Assembly (NCBI GenBank): GCA_963768615.1
Contig: CAVYIE010000005.1
Location: 343,821 to 407,820, forward strand
From: Candidatus Eiseniibacteriota bacterium
Lineage (GTDB): Bacteria > Eisenbacteria > RBG-16-71-46 > JABDJR01
DNA: 64,000 nucleotides
Direction: 5' to 3'
Positions 16,727 through 26,933 of the stretch are shown here, in pieces. A program made the translations under genes and the position numbers. Numbering within the stretch: the stretch's first letter is position 1; each line of letters starts with the position of its first letter. The notes beneath the pieces were generated by a model that saw only the letters and a list, made by a program, of their open reading frames with translations, was not told the origin of the DNA and did no database searches.

Positions 16727-19700
16727 TGTCGCCCCCCCGCCTCTCCGTCTCCAATCCGGTTCTGGTCAACCTGGTCATGGTGGCCATCGTGGGCTTCGGC
16801 CTCTTCTCCCTGGCCACCCTCCCCCAGGAGCAGATCCCCAACGTCTCCTTCCCCTGGGCCTTCGTGGTGGTGATCGACAACGGGGTGTCCCCCGAGGAGA
16901 TCGAGAAGACCATCACCGTCCCCATGGAGGACGAGCTCCAGAACGTGGACGACCTGAACGCCATGACCTCCATCTCCCGGGAGGGGGGCGCCTTCGTCTG
17001 GCTCAAGTTCGAGACCATGCCCGAGGACGATTTCCAGCTCCGGCTCCAGGACGTGCGGGCGGCGGTCAACAAGGTGAGGCTGCCGGAGAGCGCCGAGGAA
17101 CCCGACGTCTCCCAGTTCAAGACCCAGGATTTCGCCCCCCTGGTCGGCGTGGTCATCACCGGCGACCTTCCCGAGCACCGCATGAAGGAGATCGCCGAGG
17201 ACCTCCGCGACGACATCCTGGACATCCCCAAGGTGTCCCAGGTCCAGATCTCCGGGGTCCGGGAGCGCGAGGTGTGGGTGGAGGCCGATCCCGCCCGGCT
17301 GGAGCGCTTCGGGCTGAGCCTGGAGCAGGTGGCCCTGGCCATCCGGAACAAGCATCTGAACCGGACCGCGGGGGACCTCCGCACCGGCCGCATGGACTAC
17401 CGGGTGCGGACGGTGGGCGAGGCGGAGCAGGTGGCGGAGCTGCGGAACGTGATCGTCCACGCTTCGTCCGGGGGTGCCCTGGTCCGGGTGGGCGACGTGG
17501 CCCGGGTCTCGGACACCTTCCACGAGGAAGAGACCCGCTCCCGCTTCAACGGCAGCCCCTCGGTCACCCTCACCGTGTCCAAGAAGCAGGACGGCCATTC
17601 CATCGGCATCGTGAAGGAGATCAAGGCGCTGGCCGGCACCTACCGGGACACCCGCCTCCCCCCGGGCGCCGGGATCACCTTCACCAACGACTCCTCGGAC
17701 TTCATCCGCGAGATCCTGAGCACCCTCAAGACCAACGCCTGGATGGGCATGCTCCTGGTGGCGGTCTCGCTCTTCCTGTTCCTGGGCTGGCGCCAGGCCG
17801 TGTTCGCGGTGGTGGGGATCCCGGTGGCCCTGGCCCTCACCTTCACCTTCCTGCGTTTCACCGGCAACACCATCAACGGCAGCTCCCTCTTCGGACTGGT
17901 GCTGGTGCTGGGCATGCTCGTCGACGACGCCATCGTGGTCATCGAGAACAGCTTCCGCTACATGGAGCTGGGCATGCCCGCCCGCCAGGCCGCGGTGGTG
18001 GGCACCCGCGAGGTCATGCTGCCCGTCCTCACCTCGGCCGGCACCACCATGGCCGCCTTCCTCCCCCTGATGCTGCTGCCGGGGGTGATCGGCGACTTCA
18101 TGCAGATCATCCCCGCCGTGGTCTCCATGGCCCTCCTGGCCTCGCTCTTCGAGTCCTTCTTCATCCTGCCCTCCCACATCGCGGAATGGAGCGGGCGGCG
18201 GCGGCGGAGCGAACGCCCCCCGGTCGACTTCTCCGGGGTGCGCCATCTCTACCGCCGGCTCCTGGCCCGGGCCATCCGCCGCCGCTACTGGGTGCTGGGG
18301 GCGACCACCCTGCTGCTCCTGGCCACCCTGCCCCTGGCCTTCGCGGTGGGGGTGGACATGTTCGCGGACGAGGAGGTTCCGTTCTTCTTCGTCTACGTGA
18401 CCATGCCCGAGGGCACCCGGCTGGACGCCACCGACGCCGTGCTCACCCGGGTGGAGGCCATCGCCCGGGAGAGCATCCCGGCCGGGGACCTCAAGCACGT
18501 GCGCACCGTGGCCGGCCTCCAGGAGACCGAGGGGGAGTGGATCGTCAAACCCTCGGTGGGCCAGGTGGTGGTGGAGCTCCGGGACAAGGACGAGCGCAGC
18601 TCCGAGGTCGAGGACCTCATGAACCGGATGCGGGACGAGGCGCGGTGGGTGCCGGGGATCGAGTCCCTGGAGTTCCACCGGGTCAGCTCCGGCCCGCCCA
18701 CCGGAGCCCCGGTGGAGGTCAAGGTCCGCGGCGACCACCTGGACGAGCTGAGCGCGACCGCCGAGGAGGTGAAGGCCGCCCTGGCCGGCATCGAGGGGGT
18801 GAAGGACATCCGCGACGACTTTCTCGCCGCCACCCCGGAACTCCGGGTCAAGGTGGACGAGGAGAAGGCGGCCATGTACGGGCTGGACGTGGCCGGGGTG
18901 GCCGCCACCGTCCACGCCGCCTTCCAGGGCCGGGTGGCCACCCAGTTCCTGGAGGGGGACGACGACATCGACGTGCTGGTGCGGCTGGACGAGGCCTCGC
19001 GATCCGAGCGCCGGGACCTGGCCGACCTCACCGTGGTCACCCCCACCGGACGGCGGCTGTACCTGAAGGACGTGGCCGCGATCCGCGAGGAGGCGGGCTA
19101 CGCCACCATCAAGCACGACGAGAAGCGGCGCGCCATCACCGTCACCGCCAACGTGGACAAGGCGGTGGTGACCGGGGTGGAGGCCAACAACCGGCTCATG
19201 GACGCCTGGCCGGCCATCTCGCTCCGCCATCCCGGATACGACCTCCGGTTCGGGGGCGAATTCGAGGAGTTCAAGGAGGCCTTCACCAACCTGGGGCTGC
19301 TGTTCCTGATGGGGGTGGCCATCATGCTGGTGATCATGGCCGCCCAGTTCAACTCCATCACCCAGCCGCTCATCATCTTCATGGCCGTGGTGTTCGCGTT
19401 CTGGGGCGCGGTGCTGGGCCTGTTCCTCATCCGCTCCCCGTTCTCGGTCAACAACCTGTTCGGCCTGGTGGCCCTGGCCGGGGTGGCGGTGAACAACTCC
19501 ATCGTCCTCATCTCCTTCGTGAACACCCTGCGGGAACGGGGCGCGTCGCGACTCCGGGCGGTGCTCCGGGCCGGGAACCTCCGGGTGCGTCCGATCCTGC
19601 TCACCAGCGTGACCACCATCCTGGGCCTGTTGCCCATGGCCCTGGGCCTGGGCGGCTACTCGGAGGTGTGGGGCCCCCTGGCGGTGGTGATGGTGTTCGG

Positions 19701-19872
19701 CCTCACCGCCAGCTCGATTCTGTCGCTGTTCCTGATTCCCTGCCTGTACCTGGGACTGGGGGACCTGAAGCGGGCGACCCTCCGCCGCAGCCTGGCCGAG
19801 GAGCGCCAGCGCTGGCGGGCGCGCACCGCCCGCCGCGCCGAGGTCGCCTCGGTGGACCGGGGGCGGGAGTAG
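16723..19872 (+). CDS. RND efflux transporter permease (AcrB/AcrD/AcrF-like)
   Basis: 1049 aa, RND topology with two large periplasmic loops. No cognate OMF gene is adjacent. Confidence 0.9.
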   Translation: MMSPPRLSVSNPVLVNLVMVAIVGFGLFSLATLPQEQIPNVSFPWAFVVVIDNGVSPEEIEKTITVPMEDELQNVDDLNAMTSISREGGAFVWLKFETMPEDDFQLRLQDVRAAVNKVRLPESAEEPDVSQFKTQDFAPLVGVVITGDLPEHRMKEIAEDLRDDILDIPKVSQVQISGVREREVWVEADPARLERFGLSLEQVALAIRNKHLNRTAGDLRTGRMDYRVRTVGEAEQVAELRNVIVHASSGGALVRVGDVARVSDTFHEEETRSRFNGSPSVTLTVSKKQDGHSIGIVKEIKALAGTYRDTRLPPGAGITFTNDSSDFIREILSTLKTNAWMGMLLVAVSLFLFLGWRQAVFAVVGIPVALALTFTFLRFTGNTINGSSLFGLVLVLGMLVDDAIVVIENSFRYMELGMPARQAAVVGTREVMLPVLTSAGTTMAAFLPLMLLPGVIGDFMQIIPAVVSMALLASLFESFFILPSHIAEWSGRRRRSERPPVDFSGVRHLYRRLLARAIRRRYWVLGATTLLLLATLPLAFAVGVDMFADEEVPFFFVYVTMPEGTRLDATDAVLTRVEAIARESIPAGDLKHVRTVAGLQETEGEWIVKPSVGQVVVELRDKDERSSEVEDLMNRMRDEARWVPGIESLEFHRVSSGPPTGAPVEVKVRGDHLDELSATAEEVKAALAGIEGVKDIRDDFLAATPELRVKVDEEKAAMYGLDVAGVAATVHAAFQGRVATQFLEGDDDIDVLVRLDEASRSERRDLADLTVVTPTGRRLYLKDVAAIREEAGYATIKHDEKRRAITVTANVDKAVVTGVEANNRLMDAWPAISLRHPGYDLRFGGEFEEFKEAFTNLGLLFLMGVAIMLVIMAAQFNSITQPLIIFMAVVFAFWGAVLGLFLIRSPFSVNNLFGLVALAGVAVNNSIVLISFVNTLRERGASRLRAVLRAGNLRVRPILLTSVTTILGLLPMALGLGGYSEVWGPLAVVMVFGLTASSILSLFLIPCLYLGLGDLKRATLRRSLAEERQRWRARTARRAEVASVDRGRE

Positions 19873-20035
19873 CGGGCACGGGTCCGATTCAAGGAAGTCC
19901 GGGGTGGGTGACCAGGAAGAGTGTGCACCCGGGTGCAATTCCGCGGCCGTCACGCGCCGTCCCGCCAGCCCAAAGGCGCCGGCCCCACAAAGGTTACATA
20001 ATCGAGTGCGCCGGCTGGGTTACAATTCCGGAGCC

Positions 20036-20671
20036 ATGAAAGTCACCGAGATCTTCCATTCCATCCAGGGCGAGTCCACCCACGCCGGGCGGCCCTGCAC
20101 CTTCGTGCGGTTGACCGCCTGCGACCTGCGCTGCCGCTGGTGCGACACCGAGTACGCCTTCGGCGAGGGGCACCCCATGGAGCCGGAGGCGATCCTGGCC
20201 GAGGTGGCCGCCCACGGCTGCCGGCTGGTGGAGGTCACCGGCGGCGAGCCGCTGCTCCAGCCCGGGACGCCGGATCTCTGCCGGCGGCTCCTGGATGCCG
20301 GCTACGAGGTGCTGGTGGAGACCGGGGGCCATCACGACGCCTCGGTGCTCCCCGAAGGGGTCAAGACCATCCTCGACGTGAAGTGCCCGGGGAGCGGCGA
20401 GTCCGGGAAGGTCCACTGGCCCAACCTGGACCGCCTTCGCCCCGGGGACGAGGTGAAGTTCGTGATCGCCGACCGGGCCGACTACGTCTGGGCCCGGGGC
20501 GTGGTGCAGGAACGCCGGCTCACCGACCGGGCGCCGGTCCATTTCTCCCCCGTGTTCGGCCGGCTGGATCCCGCCGACCTCGCGGCCTGGATCCTGGAGG
20601 ACGGCCTGGCCGTACGCCTCCAGCTCCAGATCCACAAGCACGTCTGGGAGCCCACCCGCCGGGGGGTGTGA
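20036..20671 (+). CDS. queE: 7-carboxy-7-deazaguanine synthase (radical-SAM QueE)
   Basis: MKVTEIFHSIQGEST...CDLRCRWCDTEY (CxxxCxxC radical-SAM cluster motif in the QueE context). Start is the internal ATG 20036. Confidence 0.9.
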   Translation: MKVTEIFHSIQGESTHAGRPCTFVRLTACDLRCRWCDTEYAFGEGHPMEPEAILAEVAAHGCRLVEVTGGEPLLQPGTPDLCRRLLDAGYEVLVETGGHHDASVLPEGVKTILDVKCPGSGESGKVHWPNLDRLRPGDEVKFVIADRADYVWARGVVQERRLTDRAPVHFSPVFGRLDPADLAAWILEDGLAVRLQLQIHKHVWEPTRRGV

Positions 20672-20672
20672 G

Positions 20673-20697
20673 CCCGGGCCGCGGGCGGCCCGGGCGT
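20673..20697. terminator. GC-rich perfect hairpin (GCCCGGGCCGC-ggg-CGGCCCGGGC) between convergent queE and the MscS gene; possible bidirectional terminator lacking a U-tract
   Basis: Inverted repeat read from the sequence immediately after the queE stop. Confidence 0.35.
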
Positions 20698-20726
20698 CCT
20701 GGAATCCCCCGGAGACCCGGAACCGG

Positions 20727-21566
20727 TCAGGCCGAGGCCTGGGTTTCCTGGAACAGGTGCACGTCGCGCTGGGGGAAGGGGATGTTGCAGCCCGCCGCCT
20801 CCAGCTCCTCCTTGAGCTTGCGGGTGAGATCGAACTTGAGGGTCCAGTAGTCGCCCTTGTTGCACCAGGGGCGGACGACCAGGTTGACGGAGGAATCGGC
20901 CAGCTCGGCCACCGCCACCGTCATCGCCGGCTCCTTCAACACCCGCGGCTCCGCCTCCAGCACGCCGGTGATGGTCTTCACCGCGGTCCCGATGTCGTCG
21001 GTGTAGGCGATCCCCATCACCATGTCCAGGCGCCGGGTGTCGTTGGTGGCGTAGTTCTTGATCGTGTTCCCGTAGACCGCGGAGTTGGGCACGATCACCC
21101 GCACGTTGTCCGGGGTGTTGAGCACGGTGTTGAAGATGTCGATCTCGATCACCGAGCCGGCGCTGCCGCCGGCCTCCACGTAGTCGCCGACCCGGAAGGG
21201 GCGGAAGATGAGGATCATCACCCCGGCGGCGAAGTTGGAGAGGGTGCCTTGGAGGGCCAGGCCGACGGCGAAGGCGGCGGCGCCGATCACGGCGATGATG
21301 GAGGCGGTCTGGATCCCGAAGAGCCCCAGCATCGCCACCACCACGAAGGCCATGACCCCGTAGTAGGCCATCTTGGCCACGAAGGGCACCAGCGTGCTGT
21401 CCACGTTGGTGCGGGTCAGGGCGTGGCGCACCGAGGACCGGATGGCCTTGGCCACCAGCCAGCCGACGAGGAGCAGGGCCAGGGCCCCGATCACCCGCAG
21501 GCCCCAGTGCGTGACCTGGGGGACGACGGCGCCGAGCCAGCCGTTGACGGCGGTGGAATCCGGCAT
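20727..21566 (-). CDS. Small-conductance mechanosensitive channel (MscS family)
   Basis: Start at internal ATG 21566 (MPDSTAVNGW...) with AGGAG RBS. 3 TM helices plus the MscS beta-domain signature (VGDYVEAGGSAGSVIEIDIFNTVLNTPDNVRVIVPNS). Confidence 0.85.
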   Translation of the reverse strand: MPDSTAVNGWLGAVVPQVTHWGLRVIGALALLLVGWLVAKAIRSSVRHALTRTNVDSTLVPFVAKMAYYGVMAFVVVAMLGLFGIQTASIIAVIGAAAFAVGLALQGTLSNFAAGVMILIFRPFRVGDYVEAGGSAGSVIEIDIFNTVLNTPDNVRVIVPNSAVYGNTIKNYATNDTRRLDMVMGIAYTDDIGTAVKTITGVLEAEPRVLKEPAMTVAVAELADSSVNLVVRPWCNKGDYWTLKFDLTRKLKEELEAAGCNIPFPQRDVHLFQETQASA

Positions 21567-21775
21567 GGAGGGAACTCCTTTCTCTTGGGCGAGGGTACCG
21601 ATCGGGTCTTCCCGTAAGGGAGAAGGGCGGGAGCGGGGGCTCCCTGGAACCCTAGCCCCCCAGGGGAGGAACGGGCAACCCGGAGGGCGGGGCAAACCCC
21701 CACCGGCGGCGCGGGACCGGGATGGAAGCGCTATAGTCGACCGGTCCGGAAGCCGATCACCGAAGCGGAGAAGCC

Positions 21776-22318
21776 ATGCACGACGCGAAGCACGACCGGA
21801 CCGGCGCCGGGTTCAGAAACCCCACCCTGCGGGAGATCCTGTGGGGGGCGGCGGTGATCCTGGGCCTGGTGGTGGTGGGACAGGTCGCCCGGGGCCCCTG
21901 GTCGGTGACCGACCGGGACGAGACCCTGCAGAACCGGCTGGTGGATCTCCGGGTGGCGGTGGAGCGCTACCGGGAGGACCACGGGTTCTATCCCGCCTCG
22001 CCCCGGGACTTCAACGCCGCCGGGGACCCGGCGGTGCTGGCCGCCCAGCTCACCGGGTACACCGACGCCCGTGGCGAACCGGTGTCCCGGCCGGACGAAG
22101 CCCACCCCTTCGGCCCCTACCTGTCCCGCATCCCCGCCGAGCCGGTCACCGGCTCCTCCGTCCTCCGGGTGGACACCCGTGACGCATCGCTTCCCTCCCG
22201 GCTGGCCGAGACCATCTCGGCCGGGACCGGCCGCGGGGGCTGGTACTACGAGGCCCGCACCGGCCAGGTGGTGGCCGACCTCGGCCAGGGGTTCCCCGCC
22301 TCCTACGCGCGCCTGTAG
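21776..22318 (+). CDS. Hypothetical protein with type II secretion GspG-like pseudopilin domain; no canonical prepilin (G/FTLIE) leader
   Basis: Single N-terminal TM (ILWGAAVILGLVVVGQVA). LVDLRVAVERYREDHGFYPAS resembles the GspG core. C-terminal GGWYYEARTGQV resembles GspG termini. Confidence 0.45.
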   Translation: MHDAKHDRTGAGFRNPTLREILWGAAVILGLVVVGQVARGPWSVTDRDETLQNRLVDLRVAVERYREDHGFYPASPRDFNAAGDPAVLAAQLTGYTDARGEPVSRPDEAHPFGPYLSRIPAEPVTGSSVLRVDTRDASLPSRLAETISAGTGRGGWYYEARTGQVVADLGQGFPASYARL

Positions 22319-22477
22319 CCGCGGCTCCGGGCGGGCCCGGCCCCCGGGTGGCGATCCGGGCTCCTGTCTGCTATCTTGCGCTCACGCCGGTACTTGCCCG
22401 GGGCCTCGGCGCGGCGCGCACCGCCGCCGGGGGCCCGGCGCGCACCCCGCTCGTCCACCCCCGCCCGCGGAGGACCC

Positions 22478-23752
22478 ATGCGGTTCAAGACCACCGGGAA
22501 CAGTTTCCTGCTTCTTCTCCTGGCCGGAATCGTGGCCGGGATGCTCTGCGGATGGTACTTCGGCGACGCCATGGCCGGCGTGGCCTGGATGGGCACCCTG
22601 TTCCTGAACGCGCTCAAGATGCTCATCGTGCCCCTGGTGGTGTCCTCGATGATCGTGGGCATCGCCAGCATGGGCGACGTGCGGAAGATCGGCCGGGTGG
22701 GGGGGGCCACCTTCCTCTACTACTTCACCACCACCGGCCTGGCCGTGATCCTGGGCGTGATCCTGGTCAACCTGTTCCAGCCCGGGGTGGGCGTGGCCCT
22801 GGGCGGGGGCGCGGTCCCCGACGTGGTGGCGGGGAAGGAGCAGATCGGGTTCACCGACATCCTCCTCTCCCTGGTTTCCTCCAACGTGTTCAGGTCCGCG
22901 GCGGACATGGAGATCCTCCCCCTGATCGTGTTCTCCCTGGTCTTCGGCGGGGTGCTCACCACCCTGGGCGAGGTGGGGAAGCCGGTGCTCCGTTTCTTCG
23001 ACGGCGTGAACGAGGCGCTGATGAAGATGGTGGGGCTGGTGATGTGGCTGGCCCCGATCGGGGTGTTCGGGCTGGTCGCCTCCCGGCTGGGCCAGGCCGG
23101 GGGGGGCGAGGCCTTCTGGGCCGAGATCCTCAAGATCGGCAAGTACTTCATGACCGTGATGGTGGGGCTCACCGTCCACGCGGTGGTGGTCCTGCCCGCC
23201 ATCCTCTTCGCGGTGGCCCGCCGGGACCCCGCCCGCTACGCCCTGGGCATGGCTCCGGCGCTGGGCACCGCCTGGTCCACCGCCTCCTCCTCGGCCACGC
23301 TGCCGGTGACCCTGGAGTGCACCGAGGACCGGAACCGGGTGAGCCGGCGCTCCGGGCTCTTCGTCCTCCCTCTCGGGGCCACCATCAACATGGACGGGAC
23401 GGCACTCTACGAGGCGGTGGCGGCCATCTTCATCGCCCAGGCCATCGGGGTCCACCTCAGCCTGGGCCAGCAGGTGCTGGTGGTGATCACCGCCACCCTG
23501 GCCGCCATCGGCGCCGCCGGCATTCCCCAGGCCGGGCTGGTGACCATGGTCATCGTGCTCAAGGCGGTGGGCCTTCCCCTGGAGGGGATCGGCTTGATCC
23601 TCGCCGTGGACTGGTTCCTGGACCGGTTCCGCACCGCGGTCAACGTGTGGGGCGACTCGGTGGGGGCGGCGGTGATCGACCGCTTTTTCCCCGAGGGCTC
23701 GCTCCCCGGCGAGGACGCCGCCGGGGCGGAACGGGCGGCGACGGGGTCCTGA
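22478..23752 (+). CDS. Dicarboxylate/amino acid:cation symporter (DAACS family, GltP/DctA-like)
   Basis: Start ATG 22478 with GGAGGA RBS. MRFKTTGNSFLLLLLAGIVAGML... with DAACS-family transporter hallmarks (recalled). Confidence 0.85.
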   Translation: MRFKTTGNSFLLLLLAGIVAGMLCGWYFGDAMAGVAWMGTLFLNALKMLIVPLVVSSMIVGIASMGDVRKIGRVGGATFLYYFTTTGLAVILGVILVNLFQPGVGVALGGGAVPDVVAGKEQIGFTDILLSLVSSNVFRSAADMEILPLIVFSLVFGGVLTTLGEVGKPVLRFFDGVNEALMKMVGLVMWLAPIGVFGLVASRLGQAGGGEAFWAEILKIGKYFMTVMVGLTVHAVVVLPAILFAVARRDPARYALGMAPALGTAWSTASSSATLPVTLECTEDRNRVSRRSGLFVLPLGATINMDGTALYEAVAAIFIAQAIGVHLSLGQQVLVVITATLAAIGAAGIPQAGLVTMVIVLKAVGLPLEGIGLILAVDWFLDRFRTAVNVWGDSVGAAVIDRFFPEGSLPGEDAAGAERAATGS

Positions 23753-23762
23753 GCGGGGCCGG

Positions 23763-26700
23763 TCACCGTCCGCCCCCGCCGGCCAGCCGCGTCTCGAACA
23801 CCCGGTAGAGCACCGGCAGCACCAGCAGGGTGAGCACGGTCGAGGTAAGCACGCCCCCGATCACCACCGTGGCCAGGGGGCGCTGGACCTCGGCCCCCGG
23901 GCCGGTGGAGAGGGCCATGGGGAGGAAACCCACCGCGTCGGTGATCGCGGTGGCCAGGACCGGGCGGAGCCGGAGCCGTCCCGCGGTCACCACCGCCTCG
24001 GCCATGCCCATCCCCTCGGCCAGGAGCCTCCGCAGGGTGCTTACCAGCACCTGTCCGTTCAGGACCGCGATGCCGCTGAGGGCGATGAACCCCACCGCCG
24101 CGCTCACGCTGAAGGGAAGCCCCCGCAACCACAACGCCGCCACCCCGCCCACCGCGGCCAGGGGGATCCCGGTGTAGACGACCAGGGCGTCGCCCAGCCG
24201 GCGCAGCGAGAGGAGAAGCAGGAGGAACACCAGACCCAGGGTGAGCGGCACCAGGATCCGGAAGCGGGCGTTGGCGCTCTGCAGGGCCTCGAACTGCCCC
24301 CCGTACTCCACCGTGTAGCCGGCGGGGAAGGCCACCCCGGCCGCGATCCGGCGGCGGGCCTCGTTCACGAAGGAGCCCACGTCCCGCCCCCGGATGTTGC
24401 ACTGGACCACCGTCCGCCGCCGCCCCCACTCCCGGGTGATGGTGGCCGGGGCCTCGGCCGTCTCCACCCCGGCCACCGCGGACAGGGGGAGCAGCAGCCC
24501 GCCGGCGGCGGGCACCACGGTGGCGGCGAAGGCGGCGGGATCGGTGCGCAGCGCTTCCGGCAGGCGCACCACCAGGGGGAAGCGGCGCTGGCCTTCCTGG
24601 ATCTCGCCCACGTGGACGCCCCCCACCGCCTCCACCATCTCCAGCACGTGGGCGGCGGGGACCCCGTTCCGGGCGATGGCGTCCCGGTCCACCGCCACCC
24701 GCAATACCGGCTGGCCGGTGAGCTGCTCCCCGGCCACGTCGGCGGCGCCGGGGATGGAGGCCAGCACCGCCTGGATCTCCTCGCCCAGGCGGACCAGCTC
24801 GTCGAAGTCGTCGCCGAAGACCTTGACCGCGAGGTCGGTCCGGATGCCCGAGGCCATCTCGTTCACCCGCATCTCGATGGGCTGGCTGTAGGCCACGGTC
24901 TGGCCGGGAAGGTCGCCCACCACGGCGTCGATCCGGGCCACCAGGTCCTCCTGGGTGCGGGCCCGGGTCCACTCCTTGCGCGGCTTCAGGGCGAGGAAGA
25001 TGTCGGTGAGCTCCGTTCCCATGGGATCGGTGGCCACCTCCGCCGTTCCCGTCCGGCTCCAGACGTGGGCGATCTCGTCGGGGAAGGCCTCCAGGAGCAT
25101 CCTCTCGATCCGGGTGTTGTAGGCCGTGGATTCGTCCAGGGAGATCCCGGCCAGGCGGACCACGCTCAGGGTGACCGCCCCCTCGCTGAGGCGGGGCACG
25201 AACTCGGAGCCGGTGCGCGCGGCCAGCACCCCGGCCAGGACCAGGAGCGCCCCCGTCCCCGCCAGCACCGCCCGCCGGAACCGGAGCGCGCGGCGAAGCG
25301 CGGGTTCATAGAGCCGGAGGAGGAGCCGGGTGAAGGCGCTCTCGCGAACTTGCGGCCGGCGGGGCAGGAACCAGAGGGAGAGCGCCGGGGTCAGGAACAC
25401 CGCCGTGGCCAGGGCGCCGGCCAGGGCCAGGATCAGGGTCAGGGCCATGGGCCGGAAGAGCTTTCCCTCCACCCCCTGCAGGGCCAGGACCGGCACCAGG
25501 ACCAGGGCGATGATCAGCACCCCGAACACCACCGGCCGGACGACCTCACGGCTGGCCGCGGCCACCGTCTCCTCCCGTTCCTCCGGCTCCAGGTCCCGGC
25601 CCAGGGCCTTCCGCCTCTGGGCCAACCGGCGGAGGTTGTTCTCGGCCATGACCACCGCGCCGTCCACGATGATCCCGAAGTCCATCGCCCCCAGGCTCAG
25701 GAGGCTGGCCGCGATCCCCAGCTCCCGCATCCCCAGGGCGGCCAGGATCAGGGCGAGGGGAATGGTCACCGCGATCACCAGACCCACCCGCACCCCGCCG
25801 AACAGCACCAGCAGGGTGACCACGACCAGGAGCGCGCCCAGGAAGAGGTTGTGCCGCACGGTGCCGATGACGTGGTCCACCAGCTCGGTGCGGTCGTAGA
25901 CCGTCTCCAGCACCACGTCTTCGGGAAGGGCCGACCGGACCTCGGCCACCCGGGCCTTGAGCCTCTCGGTGACCTCCTTGGGGTTCTCACCCATGAGCAT
26001 GAAGCCCAGCCCCAGGACCGCCTCCCCCCGGCCCCCCGCGGTGACCGCGCCGCGGCGGATCTCGTGATCCACGGAGACCTCGGCCACGTCGCGCACCCGG
26101 ACCGGAACCCCGTCGTGGCTCCGCACGGTGACGCCGCCGATCTGGTCCACCGTCTCCAGCCGGCCCACGCCGTGGACCAGCAGGTCCTCCCCGGACACGG
26201 TGAGGCGGCCACCGCCCACGTTGCGGTTGTTCCGTTCCAGCGCCTCCACCACCTCGTCCAGGGTCAGCCCGTAGGCCACCAGCGCCTCCGGGCTCACCGT
26301 GACCTGGTACTGCTTCTCGTAGCCGCCCCAGGAGTTGACCTCGGCCACCCCCGGCACCTTGCGCAGCTCCGGCTTCACCACCCAGTCGTGCAGGGTGCGG
26401 AGCTCGGTGAGGGTCCGGGCGGGGTCCTCCGAGCGCAGCACGTAGTGGAAGATCTCGCCCAGGCCGGTGGCGATGGGGCCCAGCGAGGGAGGGGCGATGC
26501 CCGCGGGCAGCTCCACCGTTCCCAGCCGCTCCATGACCAGCTGCCGCGCGTCCAGGATCGAAGTCCCCTCGGCGAAGGTGGCCACCACCTGGGAGAACCC
26601 GAACTTGGACACCGAGCGCACGTTCCGGAGCCCGGGGAGGCCGGCGATGGCGGTCTCCACCGGGAAGCTCACCTGCCGCTCCACCTCCTCGGGGCCGAGG

Positions 26701-26864
26701 GCCTGGACCACGGTGTTGATCTGGACCTGGACCGGGGTGGTGTCGGGGAAGGCGTCCACCCGGAGCCCGGCCAGGGCCCGCGCTCCCAGGACCGCCAGCA
26801 CCGTGAACACCAGCGCCACCGCCAGCCGGTGGCGCACCGCGACTTCAACCAGACGTTCGAGCAT
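23763..26864 (-). CDS. czcA: Heavy-metal efflux RND transporter (HME-RND, CzcA/CusA family)
   Basis: 1033 aa. [53 protein letters not shown]... matches the CzcA/CusA N-terminus. Confidence 0.88.
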   Translation of the reverse strand: MLERLVEVAVRHRLAVALVFTVLAVLGARALAGLRVDAFPDTTPVQVQINTVVQALGPEEVERQVSFPVETAIAGLPGLRNVRSVSKFGFSQVVATFAEGTSILDARQLVMERLGTVELPAGIAPPSLGPIATGLGEIFHYVLRSEDPARTLTELRTLHDWVVKPELRKVPGVAEVNSWGGYEKQYQVTVSPEALVAYGLTLDEVVEALERNNRNVGGGRLTVSGEDLLVHGVGRLETVDQIGGVTVRSHDGVPVRVRDVAEVSVDHEIRRGAVTAGGRGEAVLGLGFMLMGENPKEVTERLKARVAEVRSALPEDVVLETVYDRTELVDHVIGTVRHNLFLGALLVVVTLLVLFGGVRVGLVIAVTIPLALILAALGMRELGIAASLLSLGAMDFGIIVDGAVVMAENNLRRLAQRRKALGRDLEPEEREETVAAASREVVRPVVFGVLIIALVLVPVLALQGVEGKLFRPMALTLILALAGALATAVFLTPALSLWFLPRRPQVRESAFTRLLLRLYEPALRRALRFRRAVLAGTGALLVLAGVLAARTGSEFVPRLSEGAVTLSVVRLAGISLDESTAYNTRIERMLLEAFPDEIAHVWSRTGTAEVATDPMGTELTDIFLALKPRKEWTRARTQEDLVARIDAVVGDLPGQTVAYSQPIEMRVNEMASGIRTDLAVKVFGDDFDELVRLGEEIQAVLASIPGAADVAGEQLTGQPVLRVAVDRDAIARNGVPAAHVLEMVEAVGGVHVGEIQEGQRRFPLVVRLPEALRTDPAAFAATVVPAAGGLLLPLSAVAGVETAEAPATITREWGRRRTVVQCNIRGRDVGSFVNEARRRIAAGVAFPAGYTVEYGGQFEALQSANARFRILVPLTLGLVFLLLLLSLRRLGDALVVYTGIPLAAVGGVAALWLRGLPFSVSAAVGFIALSGIAVLNGQVLVSTLRRLLAEGMGMAEAVVTAGRLRLRPVLATAITDAVGFLPMALSTGPGAEVQRPLATVVIGGVLTSTVLTLLVLPVLYRVFETRLAGGGGR

Positions 26865-26933
26865 GTCGGCTCCTGGATCCGGAGGGGAACGGGGGCGGGA
26901 CCGCCGGACCGCCGGCGGGGGAAACGGCCGGGC

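Noticed and set aside
19873-20035. preQ1 riboswitch upstream of queE (and of queD at 14967-15112)
   Set aside because: Queuosine genes are often riboswitch-controlled, but neither leader shows the small hairpin plus A-rich tail of preQ1-I nor the preQ1-II pseudoknot features. Only the CCCGGG palindrome is present. A covariance-model scan would be needed to exclude it formally.
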